From: a virus
IMG/VR virus record: IMGVR_UViG_3300007517_000007
Coordinates: 7,285-71,284 of that record
Strand: one strand, 5' to 3'
Length of the DNA: 64,000 nt
The notes below the pieces were generated by a model. It was not told the origin of the DNA and made no database searches. It saw only the letters and a program-made list of their open reading frames with translations. Position 1 is the first letter of the stretch; each line of letters starts with the position of its first letter. The translations under genes were made by a program, and so were the position numbers. Below are positions 40,226-49,557 of this stretch, piece by piece.

Positions 40226-40905
40226 CAGTAGCCGGTCCCGGCGCGATTGGTTCCGATGTGGTGCACCCACGGGTCGGTGTCGAAGTCACCGAGGAACGCG
40301 AACCGGTAGCCGAGTTCGAGCAGAGCGATCGAGTACATGCCTTCGGAGTGCTCGACGAGAGGCCATTCATGGTCGAGCAGCGACCGGCGGTACAGCGACG
40401 GGTTCGTCGTGAAGAACAGGCGGTGTTCCAGGAACGCGTAGTCGTGGCCGTGGGGCCCGGCGTGGCTCCGTTCGATGTACGCGCAAGGGTTCGACTGGAC
40501 GATTCCGCCCGCGGCGCGTTCGGTGTCATTCCACGGCTGGCGCAGCAGGGCGATCTGCGCGAGGTAGTCGTTTTCGTCGAGGGCGTCGATCATGTCGTTG
40601 AGTGGCACGGGCCGGTTGAACGTGAAGTCGTCCTCCAGGTGGAAGATGTAGTCGGCCTTCGAGCTGAGACGGAGTGTGTGCCATGCCGCCCTGATCGCCC
40701 CACCGAATCCTTGCCTGCCTTCGATGTGCCACATCACGTTGAACTGTGGGTACGACTTGCGGAGCCAGGCCCGGTGTTCCGGGTCGCCGGAGTCGTCGTA
40801 CATCCACCGTTCGGTGATCGGGCCGTCGAGGTTGTCCATCGCCGACGCGATGGTCTCGATGAGGCAGTCCTTGCGGCCGTCAGTGATGACGAGCAGAGCG
40901 ATCAT
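40225..40905 (-). CDS. Glycosyltransferase family 2
   Basis: YDDSGD, FHLEDDF, HHIG. Confidence 0.8.
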   Translation of the reverse strand: MIALLVITDGRKDCLIETIASAMDNLDGPITERWMYDDSGDPEHRAWLRKSYPQFNVMWHIEGRQGFGGAIRAAWHTLRLSSKADYIFHLEDDFTFNRPVPLNDMIDALDENDYLAQIALLRQPWNDTERAAGGIVQSNPCAYIERSHAGPHGHDYAFLEHRLFFTTNPSLYRRSLLDHEWPLVEHSEGMYSIALLELGYRFAFLGDFDTDPWVHHIGTNRAGTGY

Positions 40906-41485
40906 TCGCCCACCTTTCGTGAGATTCCACGATCTGGAGCCTGAGCGCCTGACCGTTGCTGACGGTTGAGTTGCGACCTTCCCGGTCGATGTGAGCGCGA
41001 TACACGGCGCGCGGGACGAACGTCAGGCTGCCACCGGCGAGCACGACACGCCGGAACAGTGACCAGTCCTCCCATGCCGGTTCGTCCCAGAACCGGCCGA
41101 CCAGCTCGAACATGTCCCGGTGGATGAGAGTGCCGATCGGGCACGGGTTGAGACCGTCGACGATGTCACGTCCGGTGAACAGTTCCGCTCGGCGGGCGCG
41201 ACCGTTGACGATGTTCTGCAACGCCGGGACGTACAGGTCGGTCTCGACGAGCGGGCCGGTCAACATCGCTTCGATGTACCCGGGTGAGAGTTCGTCGTCA
41301 GCGTCGAGCATCAGGATCCACGATTGAGGGTCCACATGGGCCACAGCCTGATTACGGGCGTCTCCGAGCGAACGGCAGTGCTCTGCGTGGAAGTGGTGGG
41401 CGTCATGGCTGACAGCCGTGGCCTGCCCGCGACTGGCCCAGTCCGTTGAGCCGAACGTCGTGACGATCACGCTCACCTCGCCCAT
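40880..41485 (-). CDS. Glycosyltransferase family 2
   Basis: ARN, LDADD, WEDW. Confidence 0.85.
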   Translation of the reverse strand: MGEVSVIVTTFGSTDWASRGQATAVSHDAHHFHAEHCRSLGDARNQAVAHVDPQSWILMLDADDELSPGYIEAMLTGPLVETDLYVPALQNIVNGRARRAELFTGRDIVDGLNPCPIGTLIHRDMFELVGRFWDEPAWEDWSLFRRVVLAGGSLTFVPRAVYRAHIDREGRNSTVSNGQALRLQIVESHERWANDRSARHH

Positions 41486-42150
41486 AGGTGCTGCCTGCTT
41501 TGGAAGGTCTGACGGTCGATCATCATGCGTGATCCCTGCGCTGCGTACATGTGGTCGAGAGGTGCTTTGTTGGCCATCGGATGGAGATGCTCGACGACGG
41601 ATCCGTGCTCGAATGCGAACACCCGACGACGCTTCGCGGTCTGTATGAACTCGTCGTCGACGAACTCGTGCACGTACCCCTCGTGGAGCACACCGGGACC
41701 GTCGATGGTGCCGTGAGCGTCGACGTACGTTCGCGCCACGACCGGATGAGTCGAGTGCGTTCCCCGCTTCACGCGATCGTTGCACTGGTCCTGTGTGCCG
41801 ACCACGCCGACCATGTCGTTGTCGAAGTGACGGCGAGCTTTCGGCCACCAGTCCGCATGGAATTGGAGATCGTCGGCCCCGAGGAACATGAACGGCTCAT
41901 CCGTCACCCTGTACCCGTGGTTGATCTTGATGGCGTAGTCGCCGACAGTGTTCGCGTCGAGTATCTCGCAGCGGAGGTGCGGACGCGAGCGCATCGCGTC
42001 GCCGACCGCGGCCAGGACGTACACGTCGCCACGCGTGCAGACGAACAGGACCGTGTGCTCGCAGTCGGTGTTCTCCTCGATTGACGCGATCAGCGGAGCG
42101 ACCCGGTGTGCTCTGGTGAGCATCGGGATGATGAGAACCAGCTCCGCCAT
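41473..42150 (-). CDS. Glycosyltransferase family 2
   Basis: KINHG, LGADD, FVDDE, EHLHP. Confidence 0.8.
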   Translation of the reverse strand: MAELVLIIPMLTRAHRVAPLIASIEENTDCEHTVLFVCTRGDVYVLAAVGDAMRSRPHLRCEILDANTVGDYAIKINHGYRVTDEPFMFLGADDLQFHADWWPKARRHFDNDMVGVVGTQDQCNDRVKRGTHSTHPVVARTYVDAHGTIDGPGVLHEGYVHEFVDDEFIQTAKRRRVFAFEHGSVVEHLHPMANKAPLDHMYAAQGSRMMIDRQTFQSRQHLWAR

Positions 42151-42174
42151 GTCGCAGATCATGCCACAGACGGG

Positions 42175-43014
42175 TCAGGTCAGCGGGATGTTGATCAGGA
42201 TCTCCCAGGTCTTCGGACCGACGACACCATCGACGGTCATCCCGAAGAACGACTGGATCGCACGGACACGTTCGTCGGTCCTCGCGCCGAAGTTGCCGTC
42301 CACGGTGAGCAACCCGATCGGGTCGGTCGGCGAGATGAAGTTCGCGTTGACGAGACCCTGCATTTTCTGGACGCGACCACCGGTCGAGCCTCGACGGACG
42401 GTGGTGACGTTGACGTTGATCACGGTGACTGCTCCTGGAATGAGTGCGGGCGGTGTCGGGGGCGGGTTGATGATGACCGGCGGCGACGGCGGCGGCGGCG
42501 GGGTGACCGGTGCAGCGTCGACCAGTTTCTCCTCGATGCTCCGAGCGTCACCGAGGATGGTGTCGAGGAACTCCAGGTGCAGCCACAACGCCCAGGTGCG
42601 ACCCATCTGACTGCCGACCGGCTGCACCTTCCATCCGTCGGATCCGACCGGGCGATCTGAGGTACCGGGTGGACGCCAGATCAGCGAACGCCGATAGTGG
42701 TGGATGGCTTGCAGCCCGGTTTCCTTGGACGTGGCGATGAGCCACGGGATGATCTCGGTGTCGGCGACGAACAGGCCTGGACCCGGGTTCTCGTATCGCA
42801 GGTCGGGCGACGCTCCGAACGCATGCGTGGACGCCGAACGCCCACCGATGATGGGGCGGTCGCCTTCGCAACCCAACCACCGCAGTCCCCACCGGGCGAC
42901 GGTGTAGTCGGTCATTACGGTCGCAGCCGACGCGCACGCCTCGAACGGTGGCTTCGACCAGTCGTACCCCTTCGAGTTCCGCTGGTAGTCGTAGAACTCG
43001 TCCTGGATGGCCAT
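42175..43014 (-). CDS. Endolysin: M15-like zinc peptidase plus peptidoglycan-binding domain
   Basis: STHAFGASPD, WLHLE; Pro linker; DGNFGART...FGMTVDGVVGPKTW. Confidence 0.85.
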   Translation of the reverse strand: MAIQDEFYDYQRNSKGYDWSKPPFEACASAATVMTDYTVARWGLRWLGCEGDRPIIGGRSASTHAFGASPDLRYENPGPGLFVADTEIIPWLIATSKETGLQAIHHYRRSLIWRPPGTSDRPVGSDGWKVQPVGSQMGRTWALWLHLEFLDTILGDARSIEEKLVDAAPVTPPPPPSPPVIINPPPTPPALIPGAVTVINVNVTTVRRGSTGGRVQKMQGLVNANFISPTDPIGLLTVDGNFGARTDERVRAIQSFFGMTVDGVVGPKTWEILINIPLT

Positions 43015-43051
43015 GCTTGTGATCGTAGTTACTCGGCGACGTCCGTCAAGA

Positions 43052-44095
43052 TCATGGTTCCGCCAGTCTGCGCGATGTCATCACACGGTTGCCGGTACCC
43101 GATTCGGCGACCGCAGCGAACAACCCAAGCTCGGGAGACCACGCCATCCCCCACCATTCGTTGTCGGCGGCGGACGTACGGGACGTCCAAGTGATCCCGT
43201 CGGGAGACGTCATCACCCGGTTGCCAGCACCGGCCCAGGAAACCGCAGCGAACAGGCCAAGCTCGGGCGACCACACAACCGAGACCCAGGGGTTGTCGGC
43301 GGCGGACGTACGGATCGTCCAGTTGATCCCGTCCGGCGAAGTCATCACGCGGTTGCCGGTGCCCCCTTGGGAGACCGCTGCGAACAGACGAAGCTCGGGT
43401 GACCACGCAACCGAACGCCAGTCGTTGTCGGCGGCGGACACACGGATCGTCCAGTTGATCCCGTTGGGAGAGGTCATCACACGGTTGCCGGTGCCGTCTT
43501 CGGCGACCGCTACGAACAGACCAAGCTGAGGCGACCACGCAATCGAGGACCACCAGTTGTCGGCGGCGGACACACGGATCGTCCAGTTGATTCCGTTGGG
43601 AGAGGTCATCACGCGGTTGCCGGTGCCGGTATAAGAGACCGCAGCGAACAGACCAAGCTCGGGCGACCACGCAACCGAGGACCAGAAGTTGTTGGCGGCG
43701 GACGTACGGGGAGTCCAGTTGATTCCGTCAGGTGACGTCATCACACGGTTGCCGGAACCCGAGTCGGCGACCGCTGCGAACAGACCAAGCTGAGGCGACC
43801 ACGCAATCGAGGTCCAGACGTTGTTGGCGGCGGACGTACGGATCGTCCAGTTGATTCCGTCAGGAGAGGTCATCACACGGTTGCCGCTGCCGGTATAAGA
43901 GACCGCTGCGAACAGACCAAGCTGAGGCGACCACGCAACCGAGGACCACGAGTTGTTGGCGGCGGACGTACGGGCCGTCCAGCGGCTCGTTGACAGATTG
44001 CCGAGCATGGTCTGCAAGGCCTTCGGGGCCGGAGGTGCAGGCGGGACGACGACGACGGGAGTTCGTGGTCTGACGGCGTTGATGTTGTAGCTCAA
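43052..44095 (-). CDS. Seven-repeat beta-propeller protein
   Basis: 7 x 44-aa units W..RTSAA.N.W.SVAWSP.LGLF.AV...G.GNRVMTSP.GI. Confidence 0.85.
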   Translation of the reverse strand: MSYNINAVRPRTPVVVVPPAPPAPKALQTMLGNLSTSRWTARTSAANNSWSSVAWSPQLGLFAAVSYTGSGNRVMTSPDGINWTIRTSAANNVWTSIAWSPQLGLFAAVADSGSGNRVMTSPDGINWTPRTSAANNFWSSVAWSPELGLFAAVSYTGTGNRVMTSPNGINWTIRVSAADNWWSSIAWSPQLGLFVAVAEDGTGNRVMTSPNGINWTIRVSAADNDWRSVAWSPELRLFAAVSQGGTGNRVMTSPDGINWTIRTSAADNPWVSVVWSPELGLFAAVSWAGAGNRVMTSPDGITWTSRTSAADNEWWGMAWSPELGLFAAVAESGTGNRVMTSRRLAEP

Positions 44096-45078
44096 GATCC
44101 GCCTCCGGTCCCGCCGAACTGAGTCTGAACCAGCACAGCAGCATGACGGCACGGATCGAACCCGACAGCGGCCTGCCTGATCGCCCGGTACTCGATGTCG
44201 TTGTTCTCACGGTTCAACGCCTCGGAGAGACGCTCCGGGAACGTGTACGTCGAGCCCAGCCGGTACTGGACCGGTGACGTGGCGTACACCCATGTCTGAC
44301 CGGCGGCCGGGACGATGCCTGACGGGCCGTAGCCGGGGTAGCCGGTGCCGGACACGATGATGTCGCCGCGGTTCACGGAACGCAACCGGTCGCCTTGCTC
44401 TTTGATCGCGCCGCCGCCGAAGTCGACCAACCATTCGTCGACGACCAAAGTCGGAGCGTGCAGCATGCCGATACCGCCGTGGGCCGTGTTCGACAGGTAC
44501 TGGCCCAGCAACGCGAACGCCTGCCTCGGGCTGAACGCTGCGCCGCCGCCGAGCACCGTTGCGCCGGTGACCAGGTTCGGGTTGTCCGGCACGAGCGAGC
44601 CGGTAGCGAACTCGAACTCCATCGACTTCGACGTCGACGCCGCCAACTGTCGTTCGACACGCCCACGGAAATCGACGACCTGGAACCCTGCCGCATCACA
44701 CGAGAACACGGTGTCGATCGCGAAGGGGCGCACATGGTACGTGGCGGCGTTCGTGCCAGCGACAGACAACGGTGGCTTCGGACCGTTGAGTGGCCACGTC
44801 GCGCAATCCGGATCCCACGTCGACGCCTCGACACAGTTCTCCGGGGTGATCGAGAACCCGCCGATCTCCCAGCGCTTCATGATCCTGTCGTACTGGTCCG
44901 GGTTGGACCGTTTCATCTGCTCCAGCAACGTCGGGTCGGCGCGCTCCGGGAACTGACCGATACCGGAAACCAGAGCGTCCACCGCTTCGTACGCAGACGC
45001 AACGAGACCATGCAACGCCGGTGTCGCAGCGAACGGCTCAGCGATCGTGCGGATGGCACCTGTTCCTGGTTCAGTCAC
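44092..45078 (-). CDS. Major capsid pentamer-type protein
   Basis: PF......C, LHAP, IVSGTGYP, WVYATSPV..R; follows the hexamer gene as in cluster B. Confidence 0.7.
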   Translation of the reverse strand: MTEPGTGAIRTIAEPFAATPALHGLVASAYEAVDALVSGIGQFPERADPTLLEQMKRSNPDQYDRIMKRWEIGGFSITPENCVEASTWDPDCATWPLNGPKPPLSVAGTNAATYHVRPFAIDTVFSCDAAGFQVVDFRGRVERQLAASTSKSMEFEFATGSLVPDNPNLVTGATVLGGGAAFSPRQAFALLGQYLSNTAHGGIGMLHAPTLVVDEWLVDFGGGAIKEQGDRLRSVNRGDIIVSGTGYPGYGPSGIVPAAGQTWVYATSPVQYRLGSTYTFPERLSEALNRENNDIEYRAIRQAAVGFDPCRHAAVLVQTQFGGTGGGS

Positions 45079-45155
45079 GGGGTACCACCTCGGTCGTCAT
45101 GGTGGCGATCCTACTCAGCATCGTTGACTCCGTTCGGGCTTTCACCCTGACGCGA

Positions 45156-45189
45156 CTGGGGCCCCAGACCCGAAGGTCCAGGGCCCCAG
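45156..45189 (-). terminator. UUCG-capped hairpin between the capsid genes
   Basis: CTGGGGCCC...GACC-TTCG-GGTC...GGGCCCCAG. Confidence 0.6.
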
Positions 45190-45225
45190 CTTGTTACTGA
45201 CCGGACGGGAGCCCGGTGCAGGTGA

Positions 45226-47067
45226 TCAGGAACCGCTGGATACGCACGTACGCAGCGTGGCTGCGTAACCCGGGCGGGCACCCGACGGCACGACGGTCGA
45301 GTCGATGCGGATCGACTCACAGCCGAGCTGTGCGATACCGATCCACTCCTCCATGAACATCGCGAAGTCGTTGGTCTTGTTCAGGGCATGGTCCCGAACC
45401 AGGCCGACGTCGAGCGACCCGCCGTCCAACTTGACGAATGTGCCCGGCGCGAACATGTACGACGTCGCCCGGCAGGGGTAGTCGTTCAGTGCCGCACCGG
45501 CACCGGGCTGCGGTCGCGTCAACGGGTTCAGCCCAGCGACGGAGGTCGGGTCGTCGTAGTAGAACGTCACGTCGAGGTTTCGCGACGCAAACGCTGCGAC
45601 CACGAAGCTGTCCGGGACGTTCATGAACTCCAGGCCGGAGTCGCCGTCGTTGAGCAGGTCCGCCTTGACCACATCGACTGACCAGTCCGGCATCATCACC
45701 TGGAGGCGTGCACCGCGAGGCATGTGATGACGCTTGCGGTAGCCGTTCGCTGCGACCGTCAGGTCGTACATGAGCGAACGGGCCGCGCCGTACGAACCGA
45801 TGCCGACCGTGGCCGTGGAAGCGGCGTTGATCGCGTTGAGGTAGTAGCGCTGCTTGCGGAGCGTGAACTGCACGGCGACGTCTTCGAGGAAGTTCTCGAT
45901 CAGCTCCGGGAACGTCCGGTACTGGAGGTTGTCGAAGATCGTGCACTGCGTGACGGCTTCGACGAGCACCTCTGCGATGTCCGGGCACGTCACCCGCAGA
46001 CACGGCTTCTCAGCGCCCGGAGCGGTCGGGCTGATACCCGACGGTCCCCAGATGCCGACAGCACCCGCACCCTGAATCGTGCAGTTCGCCCGGATGAACC
46101 GGATGCCGCCACGCGGGGCCTGCACCGTCGGGATGGCGTTCTCGACGTCCTGGATCGGCTCGGCGAGCCGGAAGAAGTCGTACAACTGCGTCTGCGGGGT
46201 GCACTGTGCGCCGGATGCGACGAGACCGCCACGCTCGGTGAGCTGGTTGAACGACTTGAGGTTCTCGATCGGGTCGAGGCCCAGCGAGGGGAGTTCCTCG
46301 TTCCAGACCTTCGTGCCCGTCGCGATGGACATCTCGTCGCGGCTGCCCTGCGGGATGTTGCCGAAGCTCATCCGCTTCTTCCACATGGCCTGCGCGACCT
46401 CAGCCGGGCTGGAGAACTGCTGACCCGCACCGTCGGATGCTTGACGGGTCGACTCCATCGAGAACTGGTACTGGGCGGTGTCGATGTCGACCGGGATGTT
46501 CTTCGGCTTCGACGCAGGCGAGTTCGCAGCCAGTTCGGCCATGTTCGCGCCCCGGAAGCTGCGGCGAGGGCTGGTCGCCATCTCCTCCTCCTCATCGTCG
46601 TCCTTGGCGAACGGCTTTGGCTTCGGATCCTTCTTCTTGCCGTGGCCCTTCTTGAACAGGGCCAACTCGTCGGCGGATGCGTCGGCGTCCGGTGCGGTGT
46701 CGGTGTCGGTGTCGGCGTCGTCGCCGTCTTCGTCGGTGTCCTCATCGGCGTCTTCGTCGGTGTCGGTGTCGGCTTCGGCGACAGCGAAACGCGCCAGGCT
46801 GGAGGCCAGCTCCGCCTTGGAGTCGTTGCGGGCCGACATCTCGGCGACTACTTCGTCGTCGAGTTCGCTGAGCAGGTTCGCCTCAGCGACTTCCTCGGTC
46901 GACAGTTCGACGCCGTTGCTGATGCGAGCGGCGAGCTGACGGCCACGGGCGGTCAGCTTGTTCTGGATGGTCGACAGTTCGACGGCTGACAGGGTCGAGA
47001 GATCCTGTGGGACTTCCACGGTCTCGGTCTCGACGGTGTCGTCGGCGTTGTCTTCGGGCTTGGCCAC
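45226..47067 (-). CDS. Major capsid (hexamer) protein with N-terminal scaffold domain
   Basis: LVASGAQCTP..LYD...RGGIRF...KPC..V.CP...FPEL...LDVGLVRD; AAGGAG RBS before GTG 47067. Confidence 0.9.
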   Translation of the reverse strand: MAKPEDNADDTVETETVEVPQDLSTLSAVELSTIQNKLTARGRQLAARISNGVELSTEEVAEANLLSELDDEVVAEMSARNDSKAELASSLARFAVAEADTDTDEDADEDTDEDGDDADTDTDTAPDADASADELALFKKGHGKKKDPKPKPFAKDDDEEEEMATSPRRSFRGANMAELAANSPASKPKNIPVDIDTAQYQFSMESTRQASDGAGQQFSSPAEVAQAMWKKRMSFGNIPQGSRDEMSIATGTKVWNEELPSLGLDPIENLKSFNQLTERGGLVASGAQCTPQTQLYDFFRLAEPIQDVENAIPTVQAPRGGIRFIRANCTIQGAGAVGIWGPSGISPTAPGAEKPCLRVTCPDIAEVLVEAVTQCTIFDNLQYRTFPELIENFLEDVAVQFTLRKQRYYLNAINAASTATVGIGSYGAARSLMYDLTVAANGYRKRHHMPRGARLQVMMPDWSVDVVKADLLNDGDSGLEFMNVPDSFVVAAFASRNLDVTFYYDDPTSVAGLNPLTRPQPGAGAALNDYPCRATSYMFAPGTFVKLDGGSLDVGLVRDHALNKTNDFAMFMEEWIGIAQLGCESIRIDSTVVPSGARPGYAATLRTCVSSGS

Positions 47068-47304
47068 GGTGTAGCTCCTTGAGTGCAGGGTGTTCACGAA
47101 AAACCAGGGACGCGCCGGTGATCGGCACAGAATCATCGAGCGCCCTACGGGCGTGGATCGACGGCTTGCGGTTTGGCGCATCACCCCTGCGGAGCGAGCT
47201 ACGACGGGTCGGTCCTACGGGCCGGTGGTCCATCTGTTCGACATCATAGGCACCAGTCGACGGGCGGGTGTGGCATTTCCTGCGACAACGGGCCGGGAAC
47301 GCGA

Positions 47305-47330
47305 AAGAACCCCCGCCGAAGCGAGGGTTC
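47305..47330 (-). terminator. Intrinsic terminator
   Basis: GAACCCTCGC-TTCG-GCGGGGGTTC-TTT, ending the early operon upstream of the capsid leader. Confidence 0.65.
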
Positions 47331-47354
47331 CTCTTGACAGTCCTGTCGGGTGGT

Positions 47355-47579
47355 TCAGTTCATCAGGCCGACCTCCTCCCCGGCTGTCGTCGCAGGTCGT
47401 GCGACACGTCGGACGACGGCTTTGTGATCGCCCGGTGAGTTCCTGTAGGTGGCACCAGTCGACCCGGTCACCTTCGCCATGATCTCTGCGTCGACGACGC
47501 ACACGACGCACTCGATGCAGCCCTCCTCGTGAGCCAACTCGACGATCTCGAACTCGATGCCTTCGCTCGGTTCAATCAT
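47355..47579 (-). CDS. Small hypothetical protein
   Basis: Coupled ORF in the early operon. Confidence 0.45.
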   Translation of the reverse strand: MIEPSEGIEFEIVELAHEEGCIECVVCVVDAEIMAKVTGSTGATYRNSPGDHKAVVRRVARPATTAGEEVGLMN

Positions 47580-47779
47580 CAGAGCCTCACCCCGAGGTAG
47601 GCGGCCAACGAAGCCAGCTCGTCGGCGTTGTCTTCGGGGTCTTCAATGATCTGGTCGATCGTGTTCTCGATTGCGCGTCGCTCTCCAGCGTCGATGCCGA
47701 ACTCGCTGCTGAGCAGCCGGTTCAGGCCGCCGGTCAGTTTCTGGAACAGGGTGTCGGTGTCCTCGACCGCTACGGCCAT
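47579..47779 (-). CDS. Small hypothetical protein
   Basis: MAVAVEDTD start with AGGAGG RBS. Confidence 0.5.
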   Translation of the reverse strand: MAVAVEDTDTLFQKLTGGLNRLLSSEFGIDAGERRAIENTIDQIIEDPEDNADELASLAAYLGVRL

Positions 47780-47946
47780 CAGAATCCCTCCTCTGCGAGC
47801 GCCATACGGGCGACTGAGCGTGGGCTGACACCGTCTTCGTACAGGTCGCGGAAGGCGATGTCGGCCAGGTCGTGGACGCTGAGCCCGGCGAGCGAACCGA
47901 CAGCGGCGTCGACCTTTTCCATCCAACTCTCGAACGATGCTTTCAT
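47779..47946 (-). CDS. Small conserved phage protein
   Basis: FESWM..VD...DL.D..FRDLYEDG; RBS. Confidence 0.55.
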   Translation of the reverse strand: MKASFESWMEKVDAAVGSLAGLSVHDLADIAFRDLYEDGVSPRSVARMALAEEGF

Positions 47947-47961
47947 TTTTCCTCCTGGGTT

Positions 47962-47999
47962 GATCCGACAAGGTAAGTGTACCACGGTGTGCGACGTTT
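47962..47999 (-). promoter_or_regulatory. Long early promoter cassette, copy 4
   Basis: Identical to 7761-7798. Confidence 0.85.
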
Positions 48000-48349
48000 C
48001 AGACGATGGTGACGTGGGAAAGGTAGGTGCGTTTCACGGGGCGACCGAAGTCGTCGCGACCGGTCTCGGTGATCTTCACGTCCCAGTAGTTGCCGTTCGG
48101 TGAGATCGTGTAGACCTTGCGGCCCACGTTGAACGCCCGGCCGTGCTCGAACCCGGGATAGGCCAGCAGGGCTTTGATGTTGCGGCGATCCGTAGCGGTC
48201 AGGTGAGCGCCCTCGGCAGCGGAGATCCTCATCGGTGACGAGGGGCGGAGTGGCTCATGCTCGGGGTGTTCAGCGCATCGCATCGAGTGCGTGAGGACTC
48301 GTTCCTCACCGTCGAACGGGTCGGTCTCGACCATGCAGTCGCAGGTCAT
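47999..48349 (-). CDS. Hypothetical protein
   Basis: Coupled ORF. Confidence 0.5.
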   Translation of the reverse strand: MTCDCMVETDPFDGEERVLTHSMRCAEHPEHEPLRPSSPMRISAAEGAHLTATDRRNIKALLAYPGFEHGRAFNVGRKVYTISPNGNYWDVKITETGRDDFGRPVKRTYLSHVTIV

Positions 48350-48663
48350 CAGTAGTGCCTCGGGCCGGAGCAGAGCCTGGCCGACATGCCGTGCTCACAT
48401 TCGGCGTCGTCATCGGAGGGTGGTGGTGCCCAGCCCTCAGCGACCAGGATGTCAGCGACGGCGTCGTACGGTGACCAAGGGGCAACGGGAAACACGACTC
48501 GTTCCCACACGACGTTCGGGCCGACTCGCATCTCGTAGGCGCGTGGTGGGCGCTCACCCGGGCCTTCGGGGAACCAGCCGTCGTCGCCGTCGGCGAGCGG
48601 AGCGAAGTCCACCAGGGTCAGTTCGGCGGGGAGTCCGTCAGCGGAGATCCAGATTTCAGGCAT
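48349..48663 (-). CDS. Hypothetical protein
   Basis: C-terminal CEHGMSARLC.GP.HY; promoter cassette at 48681-48715. Confidence 0.55.
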   Translation of the reverse strand: MPEIWISADGLPAELTLVDFAPLADGDDGWFPEGPGERPPRAYEMRVGPNVVWERVVFPVAPWSPYDAVADILVAEGWAPPPSDDDAECEHGMSARLCSGPRHY

Positions 48664-48724
48664 GTTGTCCTTTCAGGGTTGATCCGACACTGTTAGTGTA
48701 CCACGGTGTGCGACAGATCCACAG

Positions 48725-48964
48725 TCAGGAGGTGAGATCCTGAGCGCCGAGCGCCTTCGCGATCTGCTCTGGTCTTGCGGTCACAATCGCGACGTGACTT
48801 CCGCCCCGACCGCTCCAGGTGATCTTCGTGCCGACCTGGTTGCGTTCGCCGTCGTGGTAGGAGGCCTCCGCAAACGACTCGATCGTGACGGCGTTGATCG
48901 TCCGGTCGAGGAAAGTTGGGCCGTCGCTGTTTGCGAGAGAGACGAAGGTGAGGGTGATGAACAC
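48725..48964 (-). CDS. Small hypothetical protein
   Basis: GTG start with AAAGG RBS. Confidence 0.45.
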   Translation of the reverse strand: MFITLTFVSLANSDGPTFLDRTINAVTIESFAEASYHDGERNQVGTKITWSGRGGSHVAIVTARPEQIAKALGAQDLTS

Positions 48965-48975
48965 GGTGTGGCCTT

Positions 48976-49167
48976 TCAGTTCCAGGGGGCCGGGTCGCCC
49001 GGCATGACGATGAGACGGGTCGGGTAGAGACGTTCGGCTCGAACACGAAGTTCCTCCGGTGAGCCTCCGCCGATGTGGGTGTGGTTGATGACGGAGCCGG
49101 TGCGGGCGGCGACGGTGTAGCCGTGGCGGCCGGTGCTTGCGATGACGGTGGCGTAGGTCTCGTTCAC
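48976..49167 (-). CDS. Small hypothetical protein
   Basis: GTG 49167 with RBS, downstream of the cassette at 49185-49219. Confidence 0.5.
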   Translation of the reverse strand: MNETYATVIASTGRHGYTVAARTGSVINHTHIGGGSPEELRVRAERLYPTRLIVMPGDPAPWN

Positions 49168-49184
49168 AGTGGTTTCCTTCCGTT

Positions 49185-49259
49185 GATCCGACACGGTCAT
49201 TGTACCACCATGTGCGACATTCCGTACGAGGTGTGTTGTGTCGTACGACATGGAAGGAT
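49185..49259. promoter_or_regulatory. Divergent promoter pair
   Basis: Minus strand TGTCGC-N9-TACAAT (49199-49219); plus strand TGTCGT-N9-AAGGAT (49239-49259), 7 nt before ATG 49267. Confidence 0.7.
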
Positions 49260-49266
49260 GAGCGGC

Positions 49267-49557
49267 ATGGACCGTCACGCCCGCATCATCGCCATCGGCA
49301 CACAAGGCTTCAACGATCAGCTCACCACCGACCATCCCGACCACACGGTGTTCCGCACCGGTGGCGCTCTCAACGGCTACCCGTTCCGTGTCGACGACAT
49401 CAAGATCCAACCTGGCCTGTCCGAACTCGTCAGCGACTGGGAGTTCGACCGGATCCAACAATGGGCGTCGAAACAGGTGGCCGTCCGGTTCGTGAGAGCC
49501 GACTACCCGGCAGCGTTAGAGCTACTGCGGACCAACGGCCTGCTGGTCGACGCGTGA
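49267..49557 (+). CDS. Hypothetical protein, leaderless
   Basis: ATG at promoter +1. Confidence 0.55.
   Translation: MDRHARIIAIGTQGFNDQLTTDHPDHTVFRTGGALNGYPFRVDDIKIQPGLSELVSDWEFDRIQQWASKQVAVRFVRADYPAALELLRTNGLLVDA

Noticed and set aside
43077-43980. Regular repeats as a possible CRISPR array or DGR template
   Set aside because: They are contiguous in-frame 132-nt coding repeats with no spacers; no cas or reverse transcriptase gene was seen.
46670-46780. Low-complexity GTCG repeats
   Set aside because: They simply encode the acidic D/T/E linker of the capsid scaffold domain.
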